This document shows positions 45,857 through 56,647 of a stretch of DNA of 64,000 nt, one piece after another. The position numbers were made by a program, and so were the translations under genes. The stretch is taken from NCBI GenBank assembly GCA_963716725.1, contig CAVQUB010000009.1:64001-128000 (forward strand), read 5' to 3'. Under the pieces are notes generated by a model. The model was not told the DNA's origin and ran no database searches. It saw nothing but the letters and a program-made list of their open reading frames with translations. The first letter of the stretch is position 1; each line of letters starts with the position of its first letter. This stretch comes from an uncultured delta proteobacterium. GTDB taxonomy: Bacteria; Myxococcota_A; Polyangia; Polyangiales; Polyangiaceae.

Positions 45857-47541
45857 CGGTCGCTCCCATCGACCTCGACGGCATCGCGCCCCGTGCCCGT
45901 CGCGCCTTGGAGGTGATCCTGCGCATCGCAGGCGGTGACTACTCTGCGCGGGCCTCCGCTTCGGACAACCACGACTCGATGGACGCCGTCATGGTCGGCT
46001 TGAACATGCTGGCGGAAACACTGGAGCGCGAGCACGCCGCGAAGCGGAGCGCCGAAGCGCTGCTGGCCGATGCGATCGACACCTACGACAACGCCCCCGA
46101 CTGCTTCTGCTCCTGCGACGCCACTTCGCTCAGAATCGTCAAATGCAACGAGACCATGGCTCGCACGTTGGGCATGACGGCCGAAGGGCTTTCAGCACGG
46201 TCGCTGATGGATATGGTGGAACCGGGGTCGCGAGTCGCGCTCCGCGCAGCGCTGGACCGACTGGTCGCCGGTGAGCCGGCTCGGATCACCGAGGTCACTC
46301 TCGAGCTCGCGGAGCCCCTGGTGGTGAGCGTCACCGGCTCCCTCCTCCGTGACGAGGCGGGATCACCGTCCCGTTTCAGGCTCGTGCTCCGAGACGTGAC
46401 GGTCGAGCAACGGCTCGCAGACCAGCTCGTCCATTCACAGCGCATGGAGGCCATCGGGCGGCTCGCCGGGGGCGTGGCACACGATTTCAACAACTTGCTG
46501 ACGGTGATCTTGTCGGCAGCCGAGCTGGTATCCCGGTCGCCGCTCTCGGCTGGGCAGGAGCGCGAGCTCGACATGGTGCGTGATGCAGCGGGTCGCGCCG
46601 CGGCGCTCACCCGGGATCTCCTGACGTTCTCCCGACGCGAAGCCGGACGGCCGCGTGCGATCTCGGTCGACGAAACGCTGACGCGGGCCGAGCCGCTGCT
46701 CTCGCGGCTCGCGGGAAGCGAGGTCTCGTTCTCGCTCCGGCTCGGAGTCGGGGCGAGCTTGGTGCAAATCGACCCCTCGCGCCTGGAGCAGGCGCTGGCC
46801 AACCTGATAGTGAATGCGCGCGATGCCACGCCAGCGGGCGGCAGCGTGCTGTTGTCAACGGCCGAGATCGAGACCAACGAGGCCTTCCTCAGACAGCACC
46901 CCGACGTCGCGCCCGGGCGCTACGTTGCGATCTCCGTCACCGACACCGGCGCGGGCATCCCCGCGTCCGTGCGCGAACGCATCTTCGAGCCGTTTTTCAC
47001 CACCAAGCCCACGGGCAAGGGCACCGGTCTGGGTTTGTCGATGGTCTACGGCGTCGCGCAGCAGGCCGGCGGGTATGTCACGGTCGATTCTCGGGAGAAC
47101 CAGGGCACGACCTTCCGGTTGCTCTTGCCGCTCTTGGAGAGCCGAACGGCGAGCTCAGTCGTTGCGACGACGGCCGATCCGACAGTCACCATCCTGGTCG
47201 TGGAAGACGACGACCGCGTGCGCGCAGTGACCAGTCGGATCCTACGATCCGGCGGATTTCGGGTGCTCGAAGCCGCTGACGGCCGCTCCGCGATCGAGCT
47301 CTTCGATCGCGAGCATGCGAGCGTCTCGGTGGTGGTGAGCGACGTGATGATGCCGGGGCTGAGCGGACCTGAAACGATCACGGAAATGCGCAAGAAACGC
47401 CCCGGACTTCGCTGCTTGTTCGTCACGGGCTACGCCCACGGGCAGTCCGCAGCGCTGGCGCGGACCGGCGACGGCATACTCGACAAACCTTTCCTTCCCT
47501 CAGCTCTGCTCAGCCGCGTCCGCGAAGTGCTGTCGGAGTGA
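45853..47541 (+). CDS. Cytoplasmic HAMP-like/PAS hybrid histidine kinase
   Basis: [23 protein letters not shown]-terminal receiver ILVVEDD...DVMMP. Confidence 0.93.
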   Translation: MTVAPIDLDGIAPRARRALEVILRIAGGDYSARASASDNHDSMDAVMVGLNMLAETLEREHAAKRSAEALLADAIDTYDNAPDCFCSCDATSLRIVKCNETMARTLGMTAEGLSARSLMDMVEPGSRVALRAALDRLVAGEPARITEVTLELAEPLVVSVTGSLLRDEAGSPSRFRLVLRDVTVEQRLADQLVHSQRMEAIGRLAGGVAHDFNNLLTVILSAAELVSRSPLSAGQERELDMVRDAAGRAAALTRDLLTFSRREAGRPRAISVDETLTRAEPLLSRLAGSEVSFSLRLGVGASLVQIDPSRLEQALANLIVNARDATPAGGSVLLSTAEIETNEAFLRQHPDVAPGRYVAISVTDTGAGIPASVRERIFEPFFTTKPTGKGTGLGLSMVYGVAQQAGGYVTVDSRENQGTTFRLLLPLLESRTASSVVATTADPTVTILVVEDDDRVRAVTSRILRSGGFRVLEAADGRSAIELFDREHASVSVVVSDVMMPGLSGPETITEMRKKRPGLRCLFVTGYAHGQSAALARTGDGILDKPFLPSALLSRVREVLSE

Positions 47542-47542
47542 G

Positions 47543-47902
47543 TCAGTCCTTCGTGCCGTAGATTGCGGCCTGCCGCTCGGCGAGCTCGGTGAACGCTTGC
47601 GCCAGATCGGAGTGCGGCTCGTCGAGTACCACCGCAACCTTGCAGCGCCAGAGCGTGTTTTCGTCGCGGTCCAGCGCGTCGCGCCGAATCACCTTTCCGC
47701 TGATCGACTTCGACTCACCTTCGGCGAAGAACACCGCCAGCTTCACGCTCTGCCCCACTTCGAGATCCGCTCGGGTCAGGAGCATCAGTCCCGTTGCGCT
47801 GCCGTCGTGCGTGATCGCGGCTTTGACCGGACCATCACCGGTGTCAATCTCGGCTCCGATGTATGCCGCGTGGCGCGGAGAGACTCGGCGTTCGTCGCTC
47901 AT
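47543..47902 (-). CDS. PilZ domain protein
   Basis: ERRVSPR and DGSATG motifs. Confidence 0.8.
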   Translation of the reverse strand: MSDERRVSPRHAAYIGAEIDTGDGPVKAAITHDGSATGLMLLTRADLEVGQSVKLAVFFAEGESKSISGKVIRRDALDRDENTLWRCKVAVVLDEPHSDLAQAFTELAERQAAIYGTKD

Positions 47903-47963
47903 GGCTGGACCTGAACCTACCACATGCCACGTCGGGAGAGCCGCCGCGTGATACTCTCCGAGC

Positions 47964-49127
47964 ATGACGCGCTGGTGGCTCGTGGCTCTGGCGATCTCGG
48001 GGTGCTCGTCCGATGACAACGCCGCGACGTCGAGCGCCGGAGGATCGACCAGCGGCGGAACCGGGGGCGACGTGGGCGACGCGAGCTGGCCGGACGCGGG
48101 CGGCAGCTCGTCGGGCGGCAACGGCGGCGTGGCTGGCGGCGGCGGCGCCTCGTCGGGCGGTGGCGGCAGCGGCGGCACCTCGCCCGGTGGTTCGTGCACG
48201 CTGCTGGGCGCCTGGAAGCAGACCAGCTCGTTCGCCGACGGTTCGCACGTCTCGCACCCCCTGCCGTCGTTCGGGGTGAGCGGCCGCTACTACGTGCACA
48301 CCATGGCCACCGGCGGCGGCGAGCGGATCCTGAAGTTTGCTGCGCAGGGAGCAGACGGCAGCCTCGGCGCCTGGCAGATCGCCGCTGCGGACCACGGCGG
48401 CGGCCCTCACGGCTTCACCGCGGTCGTCGTCGGCAAAGAACCGTTCCACTTCCGCAACGGGCACATCGCGCGTTACCCCCTCGACGCGGGCGGCAAGATG
48501 ACCGGCGACGTGGTCCTGGTCGAGTCGAACCCCGACACCGCCTTCGGAGGCAATCGTTACGTGTGGGACAGCGCGTTGGTCGCGACGGTGTCGGGCAAGA
48601 GCTGGGTCGTCCACCTCGGCGGTTTCAGCTTCACGGGCTACACCTACAAGCCTCAGGTGTACCGGAGCGAGGTGCCGCTCCAGCCCTCGTTCACGGCCGT
48701 GGGTCTCAATCATCCGGCGCAGCGACCGGGCAAGTGCGCGTTCATCGCGCCCTTCATCTTCACTGGCGAAGGTGATGGCTCGAGCCTCTGGCGCAGCAAG
48801 CTGCTCGCCGATGGCAAACTCGAGCCGTGGACCGGGCTCGCCGCGCTGCCCTCGGGCACCGACAACCAGCGAGGGGACTGGTTCGCGATCGACGGCACCC
48901 TCTTCGTCGTGCGCGGAGCCAAGGTGTTCGGTGCAAAGGTCGACCCGCAAGGGGCCCTGGGCGCGTTCGCCGAGCGGTCGGCGCTGCCGGAGCCCCAAAT
49001 CGACGTGCACTGGGGAGAGGCGCACCTCGAAGGCAGCTCCCACGCGGTGCTCGGCGACTACGTGTACCTGACCGGGAAGAAGTCGGTGCACTGCGCGCCG
49101 ATTCTCAGGAACCAACCCTGCAACTGA
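47964..49127 (+). CDS. Lipoprotein with probable Kelch-like beta-propeller
   Basis: Lipobox AISGC; repeated DGSLGAW/DGKLEPW...LP blades. Confidence 0.75.
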   Translation: MTRWWLVALAISGCSSDDNAATSSAGGSTSGGTGGDVGDASWPDAGGSSSGGNGGVAGGGGASSGGGGSGGTSPGGSCTLLGAWKQTSSFADGSHVSHPLPSFGVSGRYYVHTMATGGGERILKFAAQGADGSLGAWQIAAADHGGGPHGFTAVVVGKEPFHFRNGHIARYPLDAGGKMTGDVVLVESNPDTAFGGNRYVWDSALVATVSGKSWVVHLGGFSFTGYTYKPQVYRSEVPLQPSFTAVGLNHPAQRPGKCAFIAPFIFTGEGDGSSLWRSKLLADGKLEPWTGLAALPSGTDNQRGDWFAIDGTLFVVRGAKVFGAKVDPQGALGAFAERSALPEPQIDVHWGEAHLEGSSHAVLGDYVYLTGKKSVHCAPILRNQPCN

Positions 49128-49162
49128 GTCTGGGACCGCGCAAAAGCGGCTAGGCTGAAGGT

Positions 49163-49585
49163 GTGACGGAGCCCGAGTCCCCGAAGGCACGAGGTCGAGC
49201 GCTGATGCAGAGCGGCGCACTGACTGAGGCCATCGCGGCCTTCGAGCAGGCGCTGGTAGCGAGCCCCGACGACGTCTGGGTACTCGACGCGCTCGGGTTC
49301 TCGTATTTCTCCGTAGCGCGCTTCACCGATGCCGAGCGCTGTTGCCGAAGGTCCATCGAGCTTTGCCCGAGCAATCACTACGCCTTCAAGGGCCTCGGGC
49401 TGTGCCTCGCGCGACTCGGAGATCCGGAAGCGGGCATCGCCGCCCTGCGTCGCTCCATCGAACTCGACCCCGAATTTGCCGACGCTCACCACGATCTTGG
49501 GGTGGTCCTCACGGAGCACGGGCGCAGCGATGAAGCGGAGGCGTGCTTCGAGCGTGCGCGCGAACTGCGCAGCCCCAACCGCTGA
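49163..49585 (+). CDS. TPR protein
   Basis: About four TPR motifs (AIAAFEQAL..SP, RSIELDPEFADAHHDLG). Confidence 0.88.
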   Translation: MTEPESPKARGRALMQSGALTEAIAAFEQALVASPDDVWVLDALGFSYFSVARFTDAERCCRRSIELCPSNHYAFKGLGLCLARLGDPEAGIAALRRSIELDPEFADAHHDLGVVLTEHGRSDEAEACFERARELRSPNR

Positions 49586-49589
49586 GGGT

Positions 49590-50657
49590 TCACCGATTCG
49601 TCACGCCGAGTTCGTCGAGCAAGCGCCCGATTCGACGGAACTTCTCTGCGCGACCGAACTGCAGCAGATGTCCGCCGTGCCAGCTCTCGAGGGGTGCGCC
49701 GAAGTGATGCGCGATGCGCCGCGCGTGCGCTGGAGGCGTGATGCGATCGGCGCGGGCAGCGACCACCAACATGCGCTCGCCCGGCACCAAGGGCACGCGG
49801 GCCAGGGGGCTCACCACGCGATGCGCGGCGTCGAGAGCTCGGTGTTGAATCTCGGTCTCGTGCGCGCCCGAGCCGAGCCGACCTTGGTCGCGTGCGAAGT
49901 CCGCGAGGGAGGCCAAGGGGATGATCGGGATCGCAAACGCCAGCTCGGCCTCGACCGTGGCCAGCAACGAAGTCGTGTAACCACCGAGGCTCATGCCCAT
50001 GACGCCGACGGACGGGTGGCCGCGATCGCGCAGGAATCGCACCAGATCCCGCAGGTCGGCCATTGCCTGCCGGAAGCCTTCGTTCGACATGCGCGGATCG
50101 CTGCCAGGGAAGGGCGGCGCTTGGCCCAAGCGACGCGCCGGACCCCGCACGGCGTGGAAGGGCAGCACGGGCAGCACGGCGTCCATGCCGATCCGCGAGA
50201 ACCACTCGAGGGGCCAGACCCGCTGCTCGAGATCGTACTGCCCGGCCATGTAGCCGTGGATCAAGAGCGCCACCGGACGCGGCTCGGGGCCGAAGAAGGC
50301 GCGGGCAGCCGCCACCCGGTTTTCGACGTGGCGCTCGAATCGGTCGGCGACCCCTGCCTCGAAGGGTAGGTAGTCGCTCGGCCACGCCAGATCGACGACC
50401 CGGTGCCCTCCGGCGGTCCAGCGCACGACGCGTTCGGCGGGCGTGATGCTGCGCGGCGCTCGGAAATAGTCGCGAGAGTCGTGAGGGTAGAGGTCGGCGA
50501 CGGCGGCCAGGGCCTCGATTCGCTCGCGGTGGCCCAGGGACTCGGTGCGGCTCTTCTTGCGCGAGCTCCGGATTCCGGCGACGGCGGCCAGCGTCGCCGC
50601 CCGGTCCACGGCAGCGGCAGCGCCCCCGAGCAGGCGTTGGGTGGCTCGGTGGATCAC
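49590..50657 (-). CDS. Alpha/beta hydrolase
   Basis: IHGY, GMSLGG nucleophile elbow, ADRITP, GGH. Confidence 0.9.
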   Translation of the reverse strand: MIHRATQRLLGGAAAAVDRAATLAAVAGIRSSRKKSRTESLGHRERIEALAAVADLYPHDSRDYFRAPRSITPAERVVRWTAGGHRVVDLAWPSDYLPFEAGVADRFERHVENRVAAARAFFGPEPRPVALLIHGYMAGQYDLEQRVWPLEWFSRIGMDAVLPVLPFHAVRGPARRLGQAPPFPGSDPRMSNEGFRQAMADLRDLVRFLRDRGHPSVGVMGMSLGGYTTSLLATVEAELAFAIPIIPLASLADFARDQGRLGSGAHETEIQHRALDAAHRVVSPLARVPLVPGERMLVVAARADRITPPAHARRIAHHFGAPLESWHGGHLLQFGRAEKFRRIGRLLDELGVTNR

Positions 50658-50752
50658 GCCGAAAAGCTAGCGCAGCCTGGGTCCGTCTGCACCGGCCCGA
50701 GCGAAATCCCCTGCACCGCGCCCAAGATGCGTGCTACGGCCGCTGCGGAACC

Positions 50753-50941
50753 ATGGCTGAGAGCGAAAAGAAGCGGCGCTCGGGTCGAGCCCGGGACGAC
50801 GAAGACGACGCGGGCGAGAGCCCCCCGAGCCGCGCGGCGGAGCCGAGCGACAAAGCCCACGCGCCGTGGGGTCCACTCATCTGGCTCTTGATCCCGCTCA
50901 TCGCGTCGGTGGCCTACGGCGTCGCCACGCGTGGCAACTGA
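50753..50941 (+). CDS. Small membrane protein
   Basis: Charged N-terminus plus one C-terminal TM helix; fills an intergenic gap. Confidence 0.55.
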   Translation: MAESEKKRRSGRARDDEDDAGESPPSRAAEPSDKAHAPWGPLIWLLIPLIASVAYGVATRGN

Positions 50942-51024
50942 TCGTCAGCGCCCACCAAGGCGCCGCTCGACGGCGACGAAGTCGCCACAACGGACTGAGA
51001 GGGCTTCGCGACGGGGCGCCGCCG

Positions 51025-51348
51025 TCACGCCCGCTTGGACTTCTTGCGCGGACGAGCTGCTTCTTCCTCGTCGTCGTCCGATCCGTCGTCCTCGTCGTCG
51101 TCCGGATCTGCCTTTGCGCGCTTGGTCTCGAGTTTCTTGGAAGAGGAGCCCTTCTTCTTCAAGCGTCGCGGCTCGTCGTCGTTGGCGGCGCTCTTCTCCT
51201 CGTCATCTTCGCCACCGTCGATCCCCTTCTTGAAGTTTCGGATGCCCTGGCCGAGGCCCTTGCCAACCTCGCTCAGCCGCTTGGGTCCGAAAACCAGCAA
51301 GAGGATGACGATGACGACAACCCAGTGGACGAGACTAAATGAACCCAT
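51025..51348 (-). CDS. tatA: Twin-arginine translocase subunit TatA/E
   Basis: [42 protein letters not shown]. Confidence 0.93.
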   Translation of the reverse strand: MGSFSLVHWVVVIVILLLVFGPKRLSEVGKGLGQGIRNFKKGIDGGEDDEEKSAANDDEPRRLKKKGSSSKKLETKRAKADPDDDEDDGSDDDEEEAARPRKKSKRA

Positions 51349-51411
51349 GCAGCGGCTCCGATCTAGCAGTGGGGCCCGGGCTTGCCAAGGGAGGCCCCGA
51401 GAACGCGGCCG

Positions 51412-52461
51412 TCAGGCGCCGCCGGCTCGCGAGAGGCGTTCTTCCGCCATCATGTCCGCGATCTGGTGGGTGGGTTTCATGGCGCGCTGGGCCCGCTCGG
51501 CGATCTCGTGGATGGTGTCGTAAATCTTGGTCACCCGGGCGCGGCTCTTGACCGCGTCGTAGCCCTCGAGCTCGGTGGCGACGTTGATCAGCCCGCCCGC
51601 GTTGAGGGCGTAGTCGGGGGCGTACAAGATGCCCCGCTGCATCAGGTCGTCGCCGTGCCGGGGCTCTGCGAGCTGGTTGTTGGCGGCGCCTGCCACGATC
51701 TTGCAGCGAAGCTTGGGAATGGTCACGTCGTTCAATGCGCTGCCCAGCGCGCAGGGAGCGAGCACGTCACACTCGGTAGCAAAGAGCGTGTCGAGCGGAA
51801 CGATCGTGGCTCCGAACTCGCGCTCGGCCCGCTCGCTCTTGAGTGGATCCACATCGGCCACGGTCAGCTTCGCACCGAGCGCGTGCAGCTCCTTGCACAG
51901 ATAGTAGCCCACGTGTCCGATGCCCTGCACGGCGACGTGCAGACCTGCAATGTCGTCTTGCTTCATCACGAAGTTGACGGCGGCCTCGATGCCACGCCGG
52001 ACGCCGAGCGCAGTGAAGGGGCTCGGGTCGCCAGAGCCCCCGTTCTCGGGCGCGACGCCGGTGACCCACTTGTTGGTGCTGCGGATGACCTCCATGTCTT
52101 CGAGGCTGGTCCCGCTGTCTTCGGCGGTGATGTACTGACCGCCGAGCTCGCTGACGAACTTGCCGAAGGCGCGGAACAGCGCGCTGCGATCGAAATCCGT
52201 CGTGGGCCGAATGATCACGCTCTTGCCGCCGCCGAGCGGGAGACCGGTGATGGCGGCCTTGTAGGTCATGCCGCGCGCCAAGCGGAGCGCGTCGACCATG
52301 GCGTCGTCTTCGCTTCCGTAGTGGATGAAGCGGCAACCGCCGAGCGCCGGTCCGAGCCGGGTGTCGTGGATGGCGACGATGGCGTTGAGCCCGGTGGTGG
52401 CGTCGCGGCAGAGGTGGAGCCGGCCGTAGCCGTACTGCGAAAGCAGGTTGAAAACGCCCAT
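51412..52461 (-). CDS. Leu/Phe/Val dehydrogenase
   Basis: GPALGGCR, GMTYKAA, GGGKSVI, YITAEDSG, QGIGHVG, GAANNQL; GGAGG RBS. Confidence 0.93.
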   Translation of the reverse strand: MGVFNLLSQYGYGRLHLCRDATTGLNAIVAIHDTRLGPALGGCRFIHYGSEDDAMVDALRLARGMTYKAAITGLPLGGGKSVIIRPTTDFDRSALFRAFGKFVSELGGQYITAEDSGTSLEDMEVIRSTNKWVTGVAPENGGSGDPSPFTALGVRRGIEAAVNFVMKQDDIAGLHVAVQGIGHVGYYLCKELHALGAKLTVADVDPLKSERAEREFGATIVPLDTLFATECDVLAPCALGSALNDVTIPKLRCKIVAGAANNQLAEPRHGDDLMQRGILYAPDYALNAGGLINVATELEGYDAVKSRARVTKIYDTIHEIAERAQRAMKPTHQIADMMAEERLSRAGGA

Positions 52462-52540
52462 GATCGAGCCTCCTTGACCGGAAGGGGGTGGAAAGGGCGC
52501 GGAGCCTAGCAACAAATGGCTGCTCCGGGGGCTGCCTTGA

Positions 52541-53401
52541 TCAGGGGCGCGGCTCGGGCCTGTTCTTGGCGCTCCTCAGCGCGTGGCCGAGGGCGGAGCT
52601 GCCCCGCAGACACGCAAAACAATCGTCGCGGCGCTCAGGACCGCAGCCGTCTCGGCGGGTCAATCGCGCGAGGGCACGGAGCGCCCGCCGGTCGGCGACG
52701 CGCGCTGCTTCATCCACCAGGAGCGATGCGTCTTTACAGTCGGCGACACGCTGGAGATCGATGGCCACCCGCAGCGCGTCGGAGCTCTGCGCACGAACCT
52801 GGGGCGACAGCAAAAGTTGCGCCGCGGTCACCGAGAGCGCGCTTGCCTTCGGAGCGCTCCGCCAGACCGAGAAGATGAGGTCGACGCCGTCGGCGCCACC
52901 CGAGGTCGCCAGCAAACCCAAGGTCTCGATGCCGGTGTCGGCGCGCCGTGCGTGACTCGCGACCACCCGGCGCGGCGCCTCGGCCAGGCCGCCGCCGCTG
53001 CGATTGAAGATCTCGCGCAACTCTCCGAGGTCGCGCGCTCGCTGGCCCTCGGCAAGCGCGATGATCTCGGTCACGCTGCGGGTCTCCGCCGGCAGCTTCT
53101 CCAACTGCTCGAGGGCTCGCCCATCACCCTCGAGGGCCCGAGCAGTCACGTCATCGGCTGCCGGTGCGTCCTCAACGAGGACGGACGCGGAGCCCGGCGC
53201 CGCAGCGTGCTCCGTCGCGCTCGCTGGCGCGATGGACGCCGTGACGACCGAGCCCAGGATCGCGAGGAGCGAAGCGGCACCGACCCAGAGCGTCCAGCGA
53301 GCGGCCAAGGGCTCGAGGGGGACGACCGGTGGATCGGCTGCGTCGGGCCAGGCCACCGGGGCGATTGAGGAAGGTCCTTCAGGGGGAGGCAGAGCTTGCA
53401 T
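52541..53401 (-). CDS. Hypothetical membrane-anchored protein with C-terminal DRRAL..L....GCG....DC..CLR domain
   Basis: One TM helix; helical domain with four Cys; lies just downstream of a kinase gene. Confidence 0.65.
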   Translation of the reverse strand: MQALPPPEGPSSIAPVAWPDAADPPVVPLEPLAARWTLWVGAASLLAILGSVVTASIAPASATEHAAAPGSASVLVEDAPAADDVTARALEGDGRALEQLEKLPAETRSVTEIIALAEGQRARDLGELREIFNRSGGGLAEAPRRVVASHARRADTGIETLGLLATSGGADGVDLIFSVWRSAPKASALSVTAAQLLLSPQVRAQSSDALRVAIDLQRVADCKDASLLVDEAARVADRRALRALARLTRRDGCGPERRDDCFACLRGSSALGHALRSAKNRPEPRP

Positions 53402-53417
53402 GGTCGCGCTTTCTTGG

Positions 53418-54647
53418 TCAGGGCTCCGAGGCCAGGTCGGATACGTCGATGACGGGGATCGTCTCGTCGGGGGTAGGGCCGGCGATTTGCGGGCGTTCCA
53501 CGCGCCAACTCGCCACGCTTCGGCGCGCGGCGGGCATCTCCGGGCGCGAGCTGGCGACCCAGGCGGCGCTCGCCGAAGCGGCGATGGAGAGCACGAAACC
53601 GGCCGCAAGCACGGCGATCCAAGGCCGACGGCGGGCGGCGGAGCGGACCACCGCGGGGCGGGCCGGCACGAAACGCTCGACCGGACGCGCCGCCGCCACC
53701 AGCGCGGCCTGGATCTCACGAACGGTCGCACCCACGCGTTCGGGATCGGCGAAGCCCTCCGAGAACGCGATCACCGCGAGTGCATCGGCCACTTCGGCGG
53801 CGGAGTCAGGCCGGAACGATTGGTCACGGGAGAGACACCGACGAATCAGATCGCAGAGCTCGTCCGGGAGCCCCGCGCACACGGCGCGCAACTGCGGGAT
53901 CTCGGAGTAGACCACCGCCAGCATGGCTTCTGCCGCAGACCGCGATCGAAATAGTGGACGGTCCGCGAATGCCTCCCACGCCATCGCGCCGAGGGCCCAG
54001 AGATCCGCGCGATACGAGACCGAGTGGGGCTCGGTGAATTGCTCGGGAGCCATGTAGCCCAACGTGCCCTTCATGCATCCGGGTCGAGTGGCCGCTGAGC
54101 GCGTGCGCGCCCGGGCGATCCCGAAATCTACCAGCTTCGCTCGCCCGTCAAAGCCCACGAGCACGTTCTCGGGCTTCACGTCCCGGTGGACCACGGCGAG
54201 GGATCGACCCTCTCGGTCGCAGGCGTCGTGGGCGGCGGAGAGCCCCAGCGCCACTTGAGCGAGCACCGCCGCGTGGAAGCCTCGGGGCAGCACCACTCCG
54301 GCCCGCCGCGCGCGCTTGATGACCCGGGCGTAGGACCAGCCGTCGACGAGCTCGAGCTGTAGGTACGGCGTTCCACACCAGCTTCCCGTGTGAAATACCC
54401 GGGCCACGTTCTCGTGGTCGATGCAGCCGGCGATGCGCGACTCGTCGAGCAGCATGGTCACGACCCCTCGATTGGTCGCCACCTGGGGCAAGAGCATCTT
54501 CAACGCGATGCGGTCACCGCTGTGTTGGCCTCGTGCCGAGTAGACCGCGGCCATCGCGCCGCGACCGATCAAGGCCTCGACCACGTATCCGTCCACCAGG
54601 GCGCCCGGCGAAGGCAAGGTCGGAGGCTCTGCCGTGCTCGTGATCAT
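53418..54647 (-). CDS. Membrane Ser/Thr protein kinase
   Basis: GRGAMA, IALK, HRDVKPEN, DFGIA, GTLGYMAPEQ; TM helix. Confidence 0.93.
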   Translation of the reverse strand: MITSTAEPPTLPSPGALVDGYVVEALIGRGAMAAVYSARGQHSGDRIALKMLLPQVATNRGVVTMLLDESRIAGCIDHENVARVFHTGSWCGTPYLQLELVDGWSYARVIKRARRAGVVLPRGFHAAVLAQVALGLSAAHDACDREGRSLAVVHRDVKPENVLVGFDGRAKLVDFGIARARTRSAATRPGCMKGTLGYMAPEQFTEPHSVSYRADLWALGAMAWEAFADRPLFRSRSAAEAMLAVVYSEIPQLRAVCAGLPDELCDLIRRCLSRDQSFRPDSAAEVADALAVIAFSEGFADPERVGATVREIQAALVAAARPVERFVPARPAVVRSAARRRPWIAVLAAGFVLSIAASASAAWVASSRPEMPAARRSVASWRVERPQIAGPTPDETIPVIDVSDLASEP

Positions 54648-54658
54648 GCCCAGGCTGA

Positions 54659-54675
54659 AGCACGGCCCGTGCCGC
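54659..54675 (-). promoter_or_regulatory. sigma54 -24/-12 promoter
   Basis: Minus strand GCGGCACGGGCCGTGCT, GG-N10-GC; ATG 13 bp after the -12 C. Confidence 0.6.
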
Positions 54676-54796
54676 AGCCCGAAGCTTCGGCTGCGACGGG
54701 CAGTCGCGGACTTGCGAGGCGACGGGCCCGACGCTGGCCCTGCGCGTCAGACCAAGCTGGTCTGCCCCACCCGACCAGCGCCGTGGTGGGGCGACC

Positions 54797-55384
54797 TCAG
54801 CTACAGCTGATCTTCACCGTGCTGGATCCGAACATCACGTCGCCCTTGCACTGACTGGCGCAGCCCGCGAGCATGAAAGGTGACTTGGCGGACTCGGCGT
54901 CGTTGGCCGTGCACCAGGCGCGGCAGGCCAGGTGCTGTGCTTCGAAGCGGTCCTTTCCGGTTCCAGTCGCCGGCTTGCCGCCGTGGCTGAGGTCGGCGCG
55001 GCAACTCGACTTGCTGCCCGCCGCGCAATCGGTCTTGAGCGGCGCTGCGCCGCTCTTTGCCGCGGCGTCGCAGCGCACTTGGCAGGCCTTGACCTGCGGC
55101 GTCAAATGGATCGTCGTGATGGACTCGGCAGTGGCCGGCGAGCTGGGGTTGTCACGCTTCCACTGGTCAAACGCCGCGCGCACCGACGGGTCCCCCCACT
55201 GGCAGTACGCAATGCACGCGCCAACCACCGAGTCTTCCCGTGCTTTGGCCGGATCGCTGTGGGTGCCCAGGGAGCTGTGCCGCGTCGACGCGAGCTCGAC
55301 GGCGCTCACGCACTTGTGATCACTGCCACCGGACCTGCACGCGAGCAGAGCACAAAAAACTACACCGAAACCAATGCGCTTCAT
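54797..55384 (-). CDS. Cys-rich lipoprotein with internal duplication
   Basis: Lipobox LLAC; ACxAYC...CxxxC...C and ACxAWC...CxxxC...C halves. Confidence 0.75.
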   Translation of the reverse strand: MKRIGFGVVFCALLACRSGGSDHKCVSAVELASTRHSSLGTHSDPAKAREDSVVGACIAYCQWGDPSVRAAFDQWKRDNPSSPATAESITTIHLTPQVKACQVRCDAAAKSGAAPLKTDCAAGSKSSCRADLSHGGKPATGTGKDRFEAQHLACRAWCTANDAESAKSPFMLAGCASQCKGDVMFGSSTVKISCS

Positions 55385-55465
55385 CAGACATGACAAGAAG
55401 CACAGAAGACCGCAGCCTCGCAACTGCGCGTTTTGCGCGTTTTGCGTTGCCCCGACCACCGCCGC

Positions 55466-56647
55466 TCACGGCAGACAGCAGACCGTGAACGCCGAGGTCG
55501 CGGTCACCGTCCCCGCCGCACTCGGCGACGACGGGATGCAATTGCCGGTCGCCCCGTGGTTGGTGACCAACAAGTAGCGGGTCTCGGAGCTCACTGCGTT
55601 GCTGACTTGGACCGGCGTGCACGAGTTCGAGAGCGTGGTGCCGGTGCCGGTGCAGACGCTGCCGTAATAGTCTTTCACGGTCCCGGTGCAGCTGAAGTCC
55701 GGTGTGCAGTCGCAACTGCAGCTGCGCGTATCGCTCGACACTGCCTTCAGCGTCGACTTGGCGGTGTAGGGTGAAGGACAGCTCAGGTTCCCAGGGGCAG
55801 AGATGCAGAGCCGCTGAAAAGGAGCCGCCGCCTTCTGAAGGCAGATTCCCGATCCGCAACCGCCTTGGCTGGCGGCCGCAGGCGAGCACAGACGGCCGGG
55901 CGTATTCCAGCCGACCGGGGGCAGGGTTGGAGTGCCGGTGAACGACGACGCGCAGGTGCTCGACGCGAGCGGCGTTCCGAGGTCGACGATGGCCGCGGTC
56001 GGATACGCACAGCCGGACGAGCAGTGCACGAAATTCCCGCTGGTGCAGGTGTTCGTGGCGCCGGACTTGGACCACTTCGGGGCTCCTGAGCAGGCGACGT
56101 CGCCGAAATAGTCCACGACGACAGGCGAGCAAGACACCGCGGGAGGCGGTTCGCATTTGCAGCTGACGCCTACACACGAAGCGGGCGGGGCGCTGAATGC
56201 ATCCCCTCCCTCGATGACTTGGGCCGGGTGCGTGCCGGGGCAAGCGCCGAGCCCCGGGGCCTGACCGAACACGAAGGGTCCTTTGAAATTGCCGGGCAGG
56301 GCCGGAGCGCAGACGAAGCCGGCGCTCTGACAGTCGGTGTCCGCACAGTCTATTGCGCCGTCTCCGTCGTCATCGACGCTGTTCGCGCAGTTCTCACCCG
56401 AAGTGGCACCACCGCCGCCCGAGGTCGTGCCGCCGCCCGAGGTCGTGCCGCCGCCCGAGGTCACCGCCCCGGTGCCGCCAGCGCCGCCGAACGTGCTCCC
56501 CCCGGCACCGCCGCTCGTCGAGCCCCCAGCACCACCCAGCGCGGCGGCGGTTTCGACCGCATCGTCGTAGGGGCCGTCAATGCCCAGAATGGCCGAGCAC
56601 CCGAGGGCCATCAGCCCCACGGCGATGAGCGGCGCGCGCGAAACCAC
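55466..56647 (-). CDS. Cys-rich Gly-linker lipoprotein
   Basis: ALGCSAILGID lipobox; ENCANSVDDDGDGAIDCADTDC calcium-binding-like motif; ends TVCCLP. Confidence 0.85.
   Translation of the reverse strand: MVSRAPLIAVGLMALGCSAILGIDGPYDDAVETAAALGGAGGSTSGGAGGSTFGGAGGTGAVTSGGGTTSGGGTTSGGGGATSGENCANSVDDDGDGAIDCADTDCQSAGFVCAPALPGNFKGPFVFGQAPGLGACPGTHPAQVIEGGDAFSAPPASCVGVSCKCEPPPAVSCSPVVVDYFGDVACSGAPKWSKSGATNTCTSGNFVHCSSGCAYPTAAIVDLGTPLASSTCASSFTGTPTLPPVGWNTPGRLCSPAAASQGGCGSGICLQKAAAPFQRLCISAPGNLSCPSPYTAKSTLKAVSSDTRSCSCDCTPDFSCTGTVKDYYGSVCTGTGTTLSNSCTPVQVSNAVSSETRYLLVTNHGATGNCIPSSPSAAGTVTATSAFTVCCLP

Noticed and set aside
52541..54647. Single kinase gene split by a mutation
   Set aside because: Each ORF has its own TM helix, and the kinase ends in a plausible natural tail (IPVIDVSDL) before a separate ATG
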